Of a DNA stretch of 64,000 nt, positions 11,038 to 22,939 are shown piece by piece (within the stretch, counting starts at the first letter, position 1; each line of letters starts with the position of its first letter). Position numbers and translations under genes: made by a program. The notes below the pieces were generated by a model. The model made no database searches and had not been told where the DNA came from. It saw only the letters and a program-made list of their open reading frames with translations. The DNA is from Escherichia coli (GTDB lineage Bacteria; Pseudomonadota; Gammaproteobacteria; Enterobacterales; Enterobacteriaceae): assembly GCF_044324875.1 (NCBI RefSeq), contig NZ_CP172185.1; one strand, written 5' to 3'.

Positions 11038-12195
11038 TTAATTATTCTCCATTTGTTTTGCAACATCCATGATGTGGTAAAGCGGTACTCTGTTCTTAGC
11101 TAACTCCACCATGGCGTTCATATAAGGTACCATGGTTGAAAAAAGGATTTTATAACCTTCGCAAAAATAAGAAACAGTCTCATTGTTTACTTTAGTAATA
11201 CGATGCTTAGGACAACCGCCATTGCAGATAGGTTTATATGCACATTGCTGACATTTCGCTGAAATCCGTTTTTTTTGCGCTGTCAGTTGTACACTGTTCA
11301 TTGTTTTGAGTTCAGATTTATTAATGTTTCCAATTTTGTACTGTGGATAGACAAAATGGTCGCATTCGTAAATGTCTCCATTACTTTCAACAACCAGATT
11401 ATCCTTGCAGGACTCCTGGAAAATACAACTGGTATGCCCATTCCCCAAAAAACGGCTGACAAAGCTTTCAAACTGACGGATGAAAATTTCACCCACATCG
11501 TTTTTAACCCATTGCATAAAAATGGTTGACATAAACTTGCCATAAGCCGTAGGAGGCACAGAAAAATCAATGATACGGAATGTGTTCTCACTATGACCAC
11601 TGAAATCAATATTCGGCGTCCCGGTTTCGAGCAATTCGATAAATTGCATATGTTTACTGCCGATAGATTTTAAAAAATGATAAACCTCAAGAGGGTAATG
11701 GACATTAATGTTATTAATGACGGTTAACGTATTAAACTCTACTTGATATGATTTCAGACGCTCGATGGCTGCTATCACTTTTGCAAAAGTACCGTTACCA
11801 GAATTACTGCGTCTGTAACGGTCATGTAGCTCCTGGGGTCCATCGATCGAGATACCAACCAGAAACTCATGTTCTTTGAGAAAGGCACACCATTCATTAT
11901 TCAATAAAATGCCATTCGTTTGTAATGCATTAAAAATACGTTTTTGGCCTGCATAGCGTTGTTGATAGTGAATAACTTTACGGAAAAAATCCAGACCAGC
12001 CAGAGTGGGTTCACCGCCTTGCCACGTAAAATAGACCTGATTGCCAGACGCTGCGATATATTGTTTGATGAACTCTTTCAGAGTGCTGTCATCCATCCAT
12101 TTTTCATGAGTAAACTGCGACTCTTTTTCAAGGTAAAAACAGTAATCACATTTGAGATTACATTGAAAACTGGAGGGCTTGGCTGTAACGTGCAT
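11038..12195 (-). CDS. ydeM: radical-SAM anaerobic sulfatase-maturating enzyme homolog YdeM
   Basis: [10 protein letters not shown] (CxxxCxxC radical SAM cluster motif) near the N-terminus plus C-terminal Cys-rich region; ORF track start 12210, start MHVTAKPSS at 12195 preferred (385 aa). Confidence 0.88.
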   Translation of the reverse strand: MHVTAKPSSFQCNLKCDYCFYLEKESQFTHEKWMDDSTLKEFIKQYIAASGNQVYFTWQGGEPTLAGLDFFRKVIHYQQRYAGQKRIFNALQTNGILLNNEWCAFLKEHEFLVGISIDGPQELHDRYRRSNSGNGTFAKVIAAIERLKSYQVEFNTLTVINNINVHYPLEVYHFLKSIGSKHMQFIELLETGTPNIDFSGHSENTFRIIDFSVPPTAYGKFMSTIFMQWVKNDVGEIFIRQFESFVSRFLGNGHTSCIFQESCKDNLVVESNGDIYECDHFVYPQYKIGNINKSELKTMNSVQLTAQKKRISAKCQQCAYKPICNGGCPKHRITKVNNETVSYFCEGYKILFSTMVPYMNAMVELAKNRVPLYHIMDVAKQMENN

Positions 12196-12246
12196 CGCTA
12201 TCTCGCTCAATAAGGCGGCGGAAAAATCCGCCGCATGAAGGTTTAG

Positions 12247-13929
12247 TTATTTCGCTTCGCTTAGTGCTTTCTTGATATTGTTAAACTTCTCCTGATTTAC
12301 CTCGCTAAGCGGTGGCTGGCTGCTGTCGATAAACTCTCTTACCACGCCTTGCATCTCTTTAACGACCTGTGGATTGGCGGCGGCAAGGTTATCTTTTTGC
12401 TGTAGATCCGTCAGTTTGTATAGACCTAACTGATTGTTTTCTACTGTATAGACAAGCGAATAATCGTTATTTCTCACCGTATAAGAGAATTGGCTTAAGT
12501 CCTCGGTATTGGGGTTATGCGGGTAATCGTCTGACTGATGGCGGACAAATTTGTGGTAATTATCCCAGAATGGAATATTTTCCTCGTCAAACCAGTGAGA
12601 ATAAGAGGTTATCCAGGTCAGATTTTTATGTGGCTCGCCTTGTTTCTTATCTTGCAACCACGGCAGCAAGGAAACGCCATCCAGCTTAAGGTCTTTTGGA
12701 ATGCTGATATCGGCTGCATCAAGAGCTGTCGGGTAGAAATCCATTGCGGAAATCAGCTTGTCATAATTACCTGGTTGAAGTTTTCCTTTCCACCACATAA
12801 ACATTGGGGTGTGAGTACCGCCAGGATAAGTCTGACTCTTATAGCCTTTTTGCGCCCCGTTCAGCGGCAGAGGACCATCGATAACCGCACCATTATCGGA
12901 GGTAAAGAGAATAATAGTATTGTCATACTGTCCGTTTTTCTTCAGTTGTTCGAGAATGCGTTTTACACCCTGATCAACAGAATAAACGGAAGCGTAGTAG
13001 TTATCTGCTGTTTGACTACCGGTATTAAATTGCTTCTGATATTGCTCCGGTGCAGGATTATCATTTGGCAGGTGCGGAGCATTATAAGCCAGGTAAAGCA
13101 TAAAAGGCTGGTCAAGTGTTTTGGCACGATCAACAACGCCAATTGCCTCATCGGTTAACTGATCGCTGATATAACCTTTTGCGGGGACGCGTTCACGATT
13201 TTTGAACAGTGAAGGGGAGTTGTAATATGCCGTTCCTGCAGCGTGGAATCCCATAAAGTAATCAAAGCCACGGTTTTGAGGTTGCCATTCTTCCGCAGAA
13301 AATGTGGTGAAGTTGTCATGATAGTCACGCGTTTGTTTATCTTCCGGTACTGGCACATTACTGATTTTTGACAAGTGCCATTTACCTACTGCTGCAGTGT
13401 AATAACCATGATTCTGGAATAATTCAGGCAAGAAAGTTTCTGTTAGCGGAATACCATCCTGAGCATCGGTATTGGAATAGACACCAAAGCGGGCGGGCGC
13501 TCGACCGGTCATTATTGCGGCGCGGGAGGGGCCGGAAACACCGTGCGCCACATAGCCGTTAGTAAAACGTACGCCTTCATCCATTAATGAAAGGAGCGTC
13601 GGCGTTGATTTTTGCGCAGCTTCAATGGCTTTATCTATCCCTATTTTGTAGGTATCGACAACTTCACGATTTTCCATTGTTTTTGGGTCAAAAGATTCCT
13701 TATCAAAAGGAAGTTGTCCATAACCAAGATCATCCATGGTCAGTACGATAATATTTGGCTTTCCTTTGGTACTGTATTCAGTCGGCGTAAAGTCTGAGAA
13801 AGCAACGTTTGTTTTGGTTGCTTTCAGCTTTACATCATCTGCCGCATGAGCAGCAAATGCAGCCATACCAGATGCCAGTATCAAAGATATCGAGGTACTT
13901 ACGACACTTTTCTTTAATGCAGACTTCAT
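12247..13929 (-). CDS. ydeN: Ser-type sulfatase YdeN (periplasmic)
   Basis: Signal peptide, sulfatase signature with SGPSR (S-x-P-x-R) active-site motif; ORF track start 13962, start MKSALKKS at 13929 preferred (560 aa); directly upstream of its putative maturase ydeM. Confidence 0.88.
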   Translation of the reverse strand: MKSALKKSVVSTSISLILASGMAAFAAHAADDVKLKATKTNVAFSDFTPTEYSTKGKPNIIVLTMDDLGYGQLPFDKESFDPKTMENREVVDTYKIGIDKAIEAAQKSTPTLLSLMDEGVRFTNGYVAHGVSGPSRAAIMTGRAPARFGVYSNTDAQDGIPLTETFLPELFQNHGYYTAAVGKWHLSKISNVPVPEDKQTRDYHDNFTTFSAEEWQPQNRGFDYFMGFHAAGTAYYNSPSLFKNRERVPAKGYISDQLTDEAIGVVDRAKTLDQPFMLYLAYNAPHLPNDNPAPEQYQKQFNTGSQTADNYYASVYSVDQGVKRILEQLKKNGQYDNTIILFTSDNGAVIDGPLPLNGAQKGYKSQTYPGGTHTPMFMWWKGKLQPGNYDKLISAMDFYPTALDAADISIPKDLKLDGVSLLPWLQDKKQGEPHKNLTWITSYSHWFDEENIPFWDNYHKFVRHQSDDYPHNPNTEDLSQFSYTVRNNDYSLVYTVENNQLGLYKLTDLQQKDNLAAANPQVVKEMQGVVREFIDSSQPPLSEVNQEKFNNIKKALSEAK

Positions 13930-14249
13930 AAATGTTCCTCTTCTTATTGTACTTAATTCCAAAGTAATTTTACGAAGAGAAATAAGTGAATGTAAGTGAA
14001 GTTAGTCACATAAAGAGATAGCAGATTTAGCTAAAAAAGGGAAATAACAGTCCATGAAGCGTTGACATTACTTTCTATTCTACTAAGTAATTTCTCGACG
14101 ATAAACAACTAATCTATTGATATTTAATAAATTATTGTATTTTACTGACAAAATGCCGAATTGAGATCATAAATAATCATGCAACAGGTTATGCAAATGC
14201 ATAAATATGTGATGAATGTCACTTATTTATTTCAATAAATATATCGCCT

Positions 14250-14281
14250 AAAAACAACGCGGGGCAGGGAATGGCTGCCCC
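14250..14281 (-). terminator. intrinsic terminator downstream of ydeO
   Basis: Stem ggggcag / ctgcccc (14261-14267, 14275-14281) with 7-nt loop; T-rich tract on both sides (possibly bidirectional). Confidence 0.55.
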
Positions 14282-14330
14282 ATTTTAATTTTTACGTAGG
14301 GTGCGTGGTTGACTACTCGTTAGCAAATAA

Positions 14331-15092
14331 TCAAATAGCTAAAGCATTCATCGTGTTGCCCTTATTCATACCCGTGTGCCTTTGACAACGGTACTCCTTA
14401 GAAACTCTCTTTGGACTGTTGCCAAAATGTTTGCGGAACGCATAAATAAAATAAGATGTACTCGCATAACCACATTGTTCGGCAATTTTATTGACTGAAC
14501 CTTCTACGCGTATCAAATTTTTTGCGTGCTGCATTCTGGCATCTAAAAGAATCTGTGAGAATGTCGTTTGCTCTTGCTTTAGTTTTTTCTTCAACAGGCT
14601 TTCACTGATGTACAGGCAGTCACAAATATCTTTCAGCTTCCATGGGTGCGCCAGCTTCATGTTGACAATATTTCTCACTTTCCCGGAAACGGATAGCACA
14701 CCGTTAGTTAATAGTGTAATGAAACCTTTGCATGTGGCAAAAATAGACAGGCAAGAAAAAAGCAAAAGTTCTGAAAAATTATGATGATTGCGTTCTTCCG
14801 AGTTGAGATAAGCAATCATTTCATTAAGCAATCCAGTCGGTACATTTGAAGCACGTAAAAACTTCGCAGGAACAGGCACCGTCACTGTCTGGATGTTAGT
14901 GCATTGTAGATATTTTTTAATGGTATTTTCATTAAATCCGATTTCTTTGAAATGCCGCTCATAAGGTTCAAAATGCGTACGAACAGCGTTATCTACCATC
15001 AGGATCTCGCCGTCAGAGAAGGCGTAATCTTTATCTAAAATGTTAGCGTTGAAGGCATGATGAATAAATATAACAGAACAAACGAGCGACAT
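14331..15092 (-). CDS. ydeO: AraC-family acid-resistance regulator YdeO
   Basis: 253-aa ORF with C-terminal AraC-type helix-turn-helix; downstream of safA as in the safA-ydeO operon. Confidence 0.92.
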   Translation of the reverse strand: MSLVCSVIFIHHAFNANILDKDYAFSDGEILMVDNAVRTHFEPYERHFKEIGFNENTIKKYLQCTNIQTVTVPVPAKFLRASNVPTGLLNEMIAYLNSEERNHHNFSELLLFSCLSIFATCKGFITLLTNGVLSVSGKVRNIVNMKLAHPWKLKDICDCLYISESLLKKKLKQEQTTFSQILLDARMQHAKNLIRVEGSVNKIAEQCGYASTSYFIYAFRKHFGNSPKRVSKEYRCQRHTGMNKGNTMNALAI

Positions 15093-15166
15093 TTTATCTC
15101 CTTAAAACAATAAAGTTTTTATCGATACTTTTTTAACATTTCATATTTATAATTTGCTGTTTATTT

Positions 15167-15364
15167 TCAGTCTTGCAAACTATTGATAATGAAATGTGTA
15201 AGATCCCTTGCAATGCGCCCCATTTCTGAAATACCCAGCTGATCAATTGCCGAAAAAATGGCTATCAATGTAAGGGTCAGTAATAAGACAACCACAATTA
15301 CAGACATGATCCCTTTATAGTTGTCTCTTTGCGTGATTTTATTTTTCACTATGGTCGCATGCAT
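15167..15364 (-). CDS. safA: small membrane protein SafA (EvgS/EvgA to PhoQ connector)
   Basis: 65-aa ORF with a single hydrophobic transmembrane segment, immediately upstream of ydeO. Confidence 0.85.
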   Translation of the reverse strand: MHATIVKNKITQRDNYKGIMSVIVVVLLLTLTLIAIFSAIDQLGISEMGRIARDLTHFIINSLQD

Positions 15365-15465
15365 TTCAAATGTGTTTATTAAACGAATGACGTTAATCAG
15401 TATGCTTAATATAACAGGCTGGAGAATAGAGGAAATAGGACTGGCGCTTCAGTACTGAGCGGAGT

Positions 15466-15483
15466 TTCTTACAGCTGTAGGCG
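15466..15483 (-). promoter_or_regulatory. EvgA box upstream of safA
   Basis: TTCTTACA-GC-TGTAGGCG, an 18-bp inverted repeat of the TTCYTACA half-site type, about 100 bp upstream of the safA start; a near-identical copy is upstream of ydeP. Confidence 0.7.
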
Positions 15484-15601
15484 GAGGTATATATCTTATA
15501 ACGAGCAGTTTAATTTAGCACATGTGAGTAAATTGCGCGACAATGGTCAATGAGGAATTCTTCTGCTGTGCGGATGACAGCAGAAGAAATGAGGAGGCGA
15601 A

Positions 15602-17881
15602 TTAATTTGATGGTTCTAATTCAACCGGAATACTTTTATAGCCAGGAATGCCACTTAATGGATCGTGGTTATCAAGTGTTAGCATGTGATTCGATTCTGG
15701 AAAATAGGTCACCAGTGAGCGGTCAGCCATAGGGTAAATGACCACTTTTAATCTATCCATGCGGCGTGAGCTTCGCTTACCGTCTGGCGTAAGCGCAATA
15801 AGATTAACTCTTTCGCCGTTTTTTACACGGCAAATTTTAGCTTGTTTAGCACTCATAAAGACCACATCTCGTTGACCGAATACCCCTCGATAGCGATCAT
15901 CCATACCATAAATCGTCGTGTTGTACTGATCGTGACTGCGTACTGTCGCCATGACTAGCTTACTGTTAAACGCTGAAGAGGGATCTTCTAACAGCCCTTT
16001 ACTGGTAATGAAATTAGCCTTACCTGACGGCGTCATCCAGCGCCTTTCAGCAGCTGCGTTTATCAGGTGAAAACCTCCAGGATGTCGGATGCGCTGGTTA
16101 TAGTCGGCGAACTCTGGCAGCACAGCTTCAATGTCATTGCGAATGCGATCATAATCTTCCACCAGATACTCCCAGGCTACCACGCTCTGGGGTAGTGCCG
16201 CCTGCGCGATACCCGCGACCACTGCACACTCTGATTTCAGCATTACACCGGCGGGTTTTAACACGCCACGCGAGGCATGAATCATCGACATTGAATCCTC
16301 AACGGTTACCGCCTGCGCACCGCTTTTTTGCATGTCAATCTCGCTACGTCCCAGAACCGGCAGAATATAGCTATGCCGTGCGGTCAGCAGATGAGAGCGG
16401 TTAAGCTTAGTGGCTACGTGTACCGTCAGATCTAATTGTGTTAACGGTACAGCGCTTGCTTCCCGATCTGGCATTGCCAGTGCAAAGTTGCCCCCCATGC
16501 AGATCAATGCTCGAGCCTGCCTCGTACATATTGCTTGCATGCTGGCAATTGCTGCATGTCCAGGTGCATGAGGTGGGGTGAAACCATAGCGCTCACCCAG
16601 GCGAGCCAGAAACTCTGCAGACGGTTTCTCGGTGATACCGACGGTTCGGTCGCCCTGTACATTAGAGTGACCTCGTAGTGGGCAGATACCCGCACCAGGC
16701 TTGCCAATGTTACCTTTCATCAACAGCAGATTGACCAGTTGCTGTACATTCTGGGTACCATGTTCGTGCTGAGTGATCCCCATTCCGTAACAGATAATGG
16801 TGCGTTCGGCAGCGGCATATGCATCAGCCAGTTCGGCGATTTGAGTCTGACTTAGTCCAGAAATACGCTCGATATCTTTCCACTCGGAATTGAGAACGTC
16901 ACGGCGTAGCTCGTCAAAGCCGACGGTATGCGTTTGAATAAATTCGTCATCCAGCAATGAGGGCCGACCTGCGGCGCTTGCAGCATCATCGCGCTCAATT
17001 AACAGGCGCATCATCCCCTTGAGCAACGCCATATCACCACCAATGCGCACGTTGTAGTAGGCACTGGCCAACTGAGTCTCAGAGTTCGTCAGCATTTCAA
17101 ACGGGTTTTGCGGTGCGGTAAATCGCTCCAGGCCACGTTCCTGTAGAGGATTGATGGCGATCATTTTCGCTCCCCGTTTCACTAAAGCGCGCAACGAAGT
17201 CAACATGCGAGGGTGGTTTGTACCAGGGTTATGCCCAATGCAAATGACTAAATCGCATTTCTCAAAGTCTTCCAGCAACACGGTCCCTTTACCTACACCG
17301 ATACTCGCTGCCAAACCCACACTGGTCGGTTCATGGCACATGTTGGAGCAGTCGGGGAAGTTATTGCTCCCGTATTCACGAGCAAAAAGCTGATAAAGAA
17401 AGGCAGCTTCATTGGAAGTGCGGCCCGAAGTATAGAATTCAACCTGATTGGGATCACTATAGCTTTGAAGGCGTTCGCCAATTTCGTCGAAAGCTTGTTG
17501 CCAGCTTAATGGCTTGTAACAGTCGCTGACGGCATCATATTTCAAAGGCTGGGTGAGACGCCCCGCAGCCTCAAGCTCGTGATCTCCCCAGTTAAGTAAT
17601 GATTGAACCGTATTCTCAGCAAAGAAAGAGGCATTTACCTGCTTATCCGTGACTTCCCAGGCGATTGCTTTTGCGCCGTTTTCACAAATGTCGAATGACG
17701 CACTGTGCTTAGGATCTGGCCATGCACATCCCGGACAGTCAAAGCCCTCTGGCTTATTCATGTCAAACATGGCAATAACATCCTGGCGTATATCCATCTG
17801 CTTACGTACTGCATTCGCTACGGATTTAACAGCACCCCAACCACCGGCAGCTCCCTGGTAGGATTCAATTTTTTTCTTCAT
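15602..17881 (-). CDS. ydeP: molybdopterin oxidoreductase YdeP (formate-dehydrogenase-like, acid resistance)
   Basis: 759-aa ORF with N-terminal Cys cluster ([11 protein letters not shown]) and molybdopterin-binding domains. Confidence 0.92.
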   Translation of the reverse strand: MKKKIESYQGAAGGWGAVKSVANAVRKQMDIRQDVIAMFDMNKPEGFDCPGCAWPDPKHSASFDICENGAKAIAWEVTDKQVNASFFAENTVQSLLNWGDHELEAAGRLTQPLKYDAVSDCYKPLSWQQAFDEIGERLQSYSDPNQVEFYTSGRTSNEAAFLYQLFAREYGSNNFPDCSNMCHEPTSVGLAASIGVGKGTVLLEDFEKCDLVICIGHNPGTNHPRMLTSLRALVKRGAKMIAINPLQERGLERFTAPQNPFEMLTNSETQLASAYYNVRIGGDMALLKGMMRLLIERDDAASAAGRPSLLDDEFIQTHTVGFDELRRDVLNSEWKDIERISGLSQTQIAELADAYAAAERTIICYGMGITQHEHGTQNVQQLVNLLLMKGNIGKPGAGICPLRGHSNVQGDRTVGITEKPSAEFLARLGERYGFTPPHAPGHAAIASMQAICTRQARALICMGGNFALAMPDREASAVPLTQLDLTVHVATKLNRSHLLTARHSYILPVLGRSEIDMQKSGAQAVTVEDSMSMIHASRGVLKPAGVMLKSECAVVAGIAQAALPQSVVAWEYLVEDYDRIRNDIEAVLPEFADYNQRIRHPGGFHLINAAAERRWMTPSGKANFITSKGLLEDPSSAFNSKLVMATVRSHDQYNTTIYGMDDRYRGVFGQRDVVFMSAKQAKICRVKNGERVNLIALTPDGKRSSRRMDRLKVVIYPMADRSLVTYFPESNHMLTLDNHDPLSGIPGYKSIPVELEPSN

Positions 17882-18124
17882 TTGCTTATCCTGTGTGGAA
17901 ATGAATTATTAGGATTTGTAATAGCGATGATGCACAGTATATACAAAGGGATTATCGTCAACATGGATATATAAGAGTAGGGGACTACTCTCTTTCTATT
18001 TTAATCTATTATCGTTAAACAAAAGATTAAATACGATAAATTAAGCATCATCTCTCATAGTGTTTAAATTAACATATTTTTCAATATAAAAAATAAGACT
18101 CTGGCTTCAATTGTGCGCGGATTT

Positions 18125-18142
18125 TCTTACAGATGTAGGATA
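18125..18142 (-). promoter_or_regulatory. EvgA box upstream of ydeP
   Basis: TTCTTACA-GA-TGTAGGAT; shares 16 of 18 positions with the safA copy at 15466-15483. Confidence 0.7.
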
Positions 18143-18213
18143 ATAGCCTTCACAAAATAATTATCCGCGCAATCTTCGTGAATGGAGCGCATAGACCAAT
18201 GTCAAAATCACAA

Positions 18214-19128
18214 TTATTCATAGATAAAAGTGACACCAATGACTGACTGGACGGTTCCGGCTGCAACCTTGTTTCCTGTTTGTCCATAGGTTGCGCTTAA
18301 ACCCAGAGGTACTTTGCTTTTATTTACTGTCCCCAGGGAGACGTTTTCTCCCGTAGCCAGTATTTTTCCATTACGCATCAGAGAGACACCCACTCCCGAT
18401 GCTTTTGTTGCATCTGGTGCTGTGTTAGCAAACACTTGTCTGGCACTGTCAGTGGTAGCACCCGAAAGATAAAATGAGAGCTTTTGTTCACTTGAGCAAT
18501 ATACGCCAAGGGGTATTTCTGCGCTTCCAGGAAAGTCCGGGAGATTCACGTTGACATTACGACTATCAACGGTGCAGCCGCCTGTTGGCATAACAACACT
18601 GTTATTTGAAATAATATTCCACGTAAAATTACGCGGATTTCCACTTCCTAACGTGGCAATTTTATACATATGAATACGGGCAATAACTTCCCCGGCTTTT
18701 ATGACAACTCCACCGGCCGCACCGACTGGGGTAATATAGAGTTTTAACGGTAATGGCATCGGTGTCTTATCACCAATATCTAATACATTAGTATTTGTCG
18801 TCAACGGGAAGGGGTAGGTCACATTATTCCAGTACAGCGATCCTTTATATGACTGTAGAGAGCCTGCGAAAGCTGAGCCTTGTACCAGGTTTATATGATC
18901 AGTGTCGTACCAGCCGCCGTAATCATTCCAGCAACTTATATGCTGAGACAAGTCTACAACCAGATTCTGGCCCGGTTGTATTACAGGGTCGAGATTAACA
19001 TAAACAGAGGTTGTACCTGCTCCAATACTTGACCCGCCATCGACATTACAACTGAAGGCAAAAACTTTGCCTGCCATTAATAGAAGATAAATACCGAACA
19101 GAAGCTTCATACTTATTGTTTTACCCAT
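18214..19128 (-). CDS. ydeQ: fimbrial tip adhesin-like protein (FimH-like)
   Basis: 304-aa ORF with signal peptide and C-terminal pilin domain; last gene of the chaperone-usher operon. Confidence 0.85.
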   Translation of the reverse strand: MGKTISMKLLFGIYLLLMAGKVFAFSCNVDGGSSIGAGTTSVYVNLDPVIQPGQNLVVDLSQHISCWNDYGGWYDTDHINLVQGSAFAGSLQSYKGSLYWNNVTYPFPLTTNTNVLDIGDKTPMPLPLKLYITPVGAAGGVVIKAGEVIARIHMYKIATLGSGNPRNFTWNIISNNSVVMPTGGCTVDSRNVNVNLPDFPGSAEIPLGVYCSSEQKLSFYLSGATTDSARQVFANTAPDATKASGVGVSLMRNGKILATGENVSLGTVNKSKVPLGLSATYGQTGNKVAAGTVQSVIGVTFIYE

Positions 19129-19186
19129 GATATATCCTAAGGTTAAAAAATTGATTTAAAAAGAGGCTAAGAAAATCGAATCGACG

Positions 19187-19690
19187 TTATTGCCAGGTGT
19201 AGATCACATTGATTAGCGCCTCGATCGTTCCCTGGCTTGCGTTTCCATTCACCGTGATAGCTCTTGCCTTAAGTGGAAACTGTGCATTACGAGTGATCTC
19301 ATCAACAATAACCGTTTTGCTATCGCCATTTTTTAACGTCGCATCCTGGTCATCCCTTAGCTCTATCTGAATATTTTCGGCAGTACCTTCATTTTTGTAA
19401 TAACCCGTATTGTCAGTTGAACCTGTCACGATTGCCGTCACTGCACTTGTTTCAACCGGACAATCGGTTAATGACAAAGTAATATTGTGCCAGCCTGATG
19501 CAGAACCAGGTTGTTGCAGATTGCGCGTATAAAGATCCCCGAGATTAACGTTAGCTTCTTTGGTTTGAATAGTGCAGGGTTTAGCGACTACCCGACCATT
19601 AACAGTGATAGTGACATCGGCGGCCTGGAGAGTTGCTGTGAATAACGCGCAAAACGTAGCTAACAGGAACCTCTTGTGAAGTCTTTTCAT
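19187..19690 (-). CDS. ydeR: minor fimbrial subunit (FimG-like)
   Basis: 167-aa ORF with signal peptide, Cys pair and conserved C-terminal pilin strand. Confidence 0.85.
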   Translation of the reverse strand: MKRLHKRFLLATFCALFTATLQAADVTITVNGRVVAKPCTIQTKEANVNLGDLYTRNLQQPGSASGWHNITLSLTDCPVETSAVTAIVTGSTDNTGYYKNEGTAENIQIELRDDQDATLKNGDSKTVIVDEITRNAQFPLKARAITVNGNASQGTIEALINVIYTWQ

Positions 19691-19702
19691 ATCTGACTCT
19701 GA

Positions 19703-20233
19703 TTATTGAAATTCAAGGGTAAAGGTTGCCGAAGCCCTCACCAGTCCCGGATTGACGGACTTCTGAGTTGACTTCAGACGAGCGGAGTAAGGCAAAATAT
19801 TGTTCTGTTCTGGTACCAGTGGGATCCACTGCATCCCGGCATGAAGGTCATTCAATTTCACCGGACGCATATTTCCGTCCAGTATTTCTATACCCAAACC
19901 GGAGGCCGTATTGCTTCCTTCATCCAGTTTCAACAGAGTATTATTTTCTGCATCCTCAATCCCGTTAAATGCAACCCGAACCCCCGTTGTCCCTTTACTG
20001 CATTCACTTAACGTAATCTGAAAAGGGACGGCTGGACTTGTGCTACCGGTCGTTGGAAATTGTCTGGCACTGTATTTTTGGAGATCTACGGTAAAATTAA
20101 GCGAATCCGATGAGACTGTGCAGCCATAATCGAGGACGCGCCCGCTAATTTTAATAACGCTATCTGCGGATAAAGCAGAATAGGTGGTTAACCCCAGACA
20201 TAAACCGAGGAAAATAATGTTATTGTATTTCAT
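19703..20233 (-). CDS. ydeS: minor fimbrial subunit (FimF-like)
   Basis: 176-aa ORF with signal peptide and pilin fold features. Confidence 0.85.
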   Translation of the reverse strand: MKYNNIIFLGLCLGLTTYSALSADSVIKISGRVLDYGCTVSSDSLNFTVDLQKYSARQFPTTGSTSPAVPFQITLSECSKGTTGVRVAFNGIEDAENNTLLKLDEGSNTASGLGIEILDGNMRPVKLNDLHAGMQWIPLVPEQNNILPYSARLKSTQKSVNPGLVRASATFTLEFQ

Positions 20234-20246
20234 AATCTATTGTTCC

Positions 20247-22898
20247 TTAGCGACAGATTGCTGTCTGCTGGTTCAGTAAGGTACCAGGAGAAACTTCAGG
20301 AAGCTTGTACTCGACAATACAGTTTGAGTTTTTATCTTTGCCCCATGAAACCTGTAATTTCCCTGACTGTGGAAGTCCAGTCAGATAAACCTGACCGTTT
20401 TCCGCGACAATGCTGCCATTTTTATTCTTTCCGTGAGTGACAATTGCACCGAATGGAACGCTCTTATTACCGTACTTCAACGTCATTAATACTTTCCCGC
20501 CGATTTGTGCATTAAATGTTGCTCTGGCAATAGCACCGTGAGTTGGGATGACAGTGACCACGGTTTCATCCAGTTCAACATTATCTGCAAGGGAATTCGC
20601 GTTAAGAGCGACACGATTTTCTCTATATTCTGTCGCAAATGGTAATATGGCATAGCCACGCCAGTCGGTATGAATACCGGTCTGGTTCTCTATTTTGACA
20701 TTATCAGCGCCAGGAGCCTTAACCAGAACCATTGTGTCGCCCAGCGGCTGTCCAAAGGTGATGCCATCAGCATGAGCAATAATGCCACCACTCATTCCGT
20801 AATAAATCTGGCTGCTGTCACCACTCCGACTGTAACCGACATTCGTATTACCGTAAGCTCCACGATAATTAAGAGAACTGTAACCACTGGTGCCAGACGA
20901 TGTATTACCCCCGTGGGTGTTACCGACCTGAACACTATAATTCAGGTTATTATCCGGCAGCAGAGTGCCATAAACTCCCGATAGATTGGTCATGCCGCCT
21001 TTCAAATCGTTTGACTTACTGTAACTGGCGTTTGAATTACGAAATGCCGACTGACTGTCTGTACGCATCCAATGACTGAAGGGAACATTAAGCGTAAAAG
21101 CAAGTAAATGATCCCGATCGTTTTGCCATATATTATTGGAATAGCTGTAATTCAGCGAAGTCGTAATATCACCAAACGGCACATTTAATCCAAATGATAT
21201 TTGCTGGTCGCTGCGTGACGTGTTCCAGTAACTTTGGCGACTGGCACTAAAAAATGTCGTACCGTAATTTCCAAGCTGCTGAGAGATGCTTATTTGTTCC
21301 TGACCACGCTTACTGTAGAACAGATTAAAATAATCAATAAATTGTGTCTGCTCGTTGCTGTCTCCGGTAGGAGGCTTGACGGTGTAACCACTCATTCGAC
21401 TGTAGGCACTGTCGGATAAGTTATAAAAACCTTGCGTAGAATAGCGATATCCTGCGACCTGGATATTGGTTCCCGTCTGGTAGAAGGATTTGCTGTAGAC
21501 GGATTTAATCGATTGCCCGCTGTGACGGGTGCCATCTGCAAGTGTCGTATTGGCCTGCGTGATATCGAAAGAAAAGGCACCAAAAAGTCCTAAATCTTTA
21601 CCAATACCAAGGTTGAAGGCCTGATAATCTTCTGCAATTTGCATTCCGCCATAAGGTGTCCAGTTTCCTTCCAGTCCATGCATCAAGCTACCTTGTATGA
21701 ACTTGGGGGAGCTTTGCAGGTTATTTCCACTACGATATTCCCCCATGGCAAGCGCATAACGCGTATATCCAGCACGTTGGAGAACCGGAACAGACGAATA
21801 AGGAACATATAATGTCTGAATACTGCCGTCTGCCTCTTTTATGGTTACTTGCAGATCACCACCATTGGCCGCAGAGTTGATATCATCAATAGTAAAAGGG
21901 CCGGGTGGGACAGTAGTCTGATAAACATCGTATCCATTCTGTTTTACACTCACTTGTGCGGTGCCGCGGGCAATACCATGAATCACCGGAGCGAAACCAT
22001 GTTGGCTATCGGGCAACATCGCTTCTGTTGAATTTATTTTGAGGCCACGAAAGTTCACACTATCAAAAATATCGCCATCGGTATAACTATCACCTACCGT
22101 TAAGCGTGAGCGTAAGGGAATAATGTCACGTTCAGCCGACGTATTGATATGCTGCCATTTATTGCTGTCAGATGAATTGCTACTCCCACTGTTATAACTC
22201 CACGTTGAGTTATCGCGCAGTCGCCAACTACCAATGTTGATGCCACTCTGTAAATTCAAATATGCATAGTTGGATTTTCCTGCATTATGGTTACTACGAT
22301 TATTAATAGAATTACCATTAAAACTATAGTTTAGAAGCCCAGCATTTATTCCTTCTTCCCACAGATCAGGAGAAACATAGCCGCGAGCCATTCTGCCAAC
22401 ATAAATTTGCGGAACGGAGAGTGACAGATGTTGCTGACCAACATCAAACTCAGTTGATGCGTCGGCCAAACGATCCTGAAGTGGTGTGCATGCGCTGTTG
22501 TCCGGCACATGTTTTTCTGCCGAATGTTCTTTATTGTCTAATAACGCTGATTTTTTTATGCCAAGACTGACTAGAAGATCTGTACTCAGGCATGGGATGA
22601 GATCTGCGTTATTATCATCTGCAATAAAAGTAATATCCCGACTAGTAATAAATTCGTCGTTCAAATAAATGTCGACCCGATATGTACCAGGTGGTGCCTC
22701 GCGTCCCTTAGTAAAGGCGGATAAATCGACAGATTCAGCAAGATCATTGCTTAAAAACCGTGGATTAAAATAATACTCTGCGTCAACGGGAAATACCGCA
22801 GTTGCTAAGCCAAGGGCAATGGTAAGCCGTGCAAAGCGAGGCAGTAGTAACACCTGATGCATACGATATGCCTTAAATGCGGCACGAAAGGCTGTCAT
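20247..22898 (-). CDS. ydeT: fimbrial outer-membrane usher, full length (FimD-like)
   Basis: 883-aa uninterrupted ORF of typical usher length; start may be at the internal MHQVLLL. The K-12 counterpart ydeT is remembered as a truncated pseudogene. Confidence 0.85.
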   Translation of the reverse strand: MTAFRAAFKAYRMHQVLLLPRFARLTIALGLATAVFPVDAEYYFNPRFLSNDLAESVDLSAFTKGREAPPGTYRVDIYLNDEFITSRDITFIADDNNADLIPCLSTDLLVSLGIKKSALLDNKEHSAEKHVPDNSACTPLQDRLADASTEFDVGQQHLSLSVPQIYVGRMARGYVSPDLWEEGINAGLLNYSFNGNSINNRSNHNAGKSNYAYLNLQSGINIGSWRLRDNSTWSYNSGSSNSSDSNKWQHINTSAERDIIPLRSRLTVGDSYTDGDIFDSVNFRGLKINSTEAMLPDSQHGFAPVIHGIARGTAQVSVKQNGYDVYQTTVPPGPFTIDDINSAANGGDLQVTIKEADGSIQTLYVPYSSVPVLQRAGYTRYALAMGEYRSGNNLQSSPKFIQGSLMHGLEGNWTPYGGMQIAEDYQAFNLGIGKDLGLFGAFSFDITQANTTLADGTRHSGQSIKSVYSKSFYQTGTNIQVAGYRYSTQGFYNLSDSAYSRMSGYTVKPPTGDSNEQTQFIDYFNLFYSKRGQEQISISQQLGNYGTTFFSASRQSYWNTSRSDQQISFGLNVPFGDITTSLNYSYSNNIWQNDRDHLLAFTLNVPFSHWMRTDSQSAFRNSNASYSKSNDLKGGMTNLSGVYGTLLPDNNLNYSVQVGNTHGGNTSSGTSGYSSLNYRGAYGNTNVGYSRSGDSSQIYYGMSGGIIAHADGITFGQPLGDTMVLVKAPGADNVKIENQTGIHTDWRGYAILPFATEYRENRVALNANSLADNVELDETVVTVIPTHGAIARATFNAQIGGKVLMTLKYGNKSVPFGAIVTHGKNKNGSIVAENGQVYLTGLPQSGKLQVSWGKDKNSNCIVEYKLPEVSPGTLLNQQTAICR

Positions 22899-22939
22899 TA
22901 TTAATTCCGATTGAGTTTATTATTAATTAGGTCACTGGC

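Noticed and set aside
10917-11070. Possible small plus-strand ORF (ATGATGATGACG…) with a strong AGGAGG nearby, between yddA and ydeM
   Set aside because: The AGGAGG is downstream of, not upstream of, the candidate start; the region also contains the likely ydeM terminator hairpin (cacccgac / gtcgggtg); insufficient evidence for a gene.
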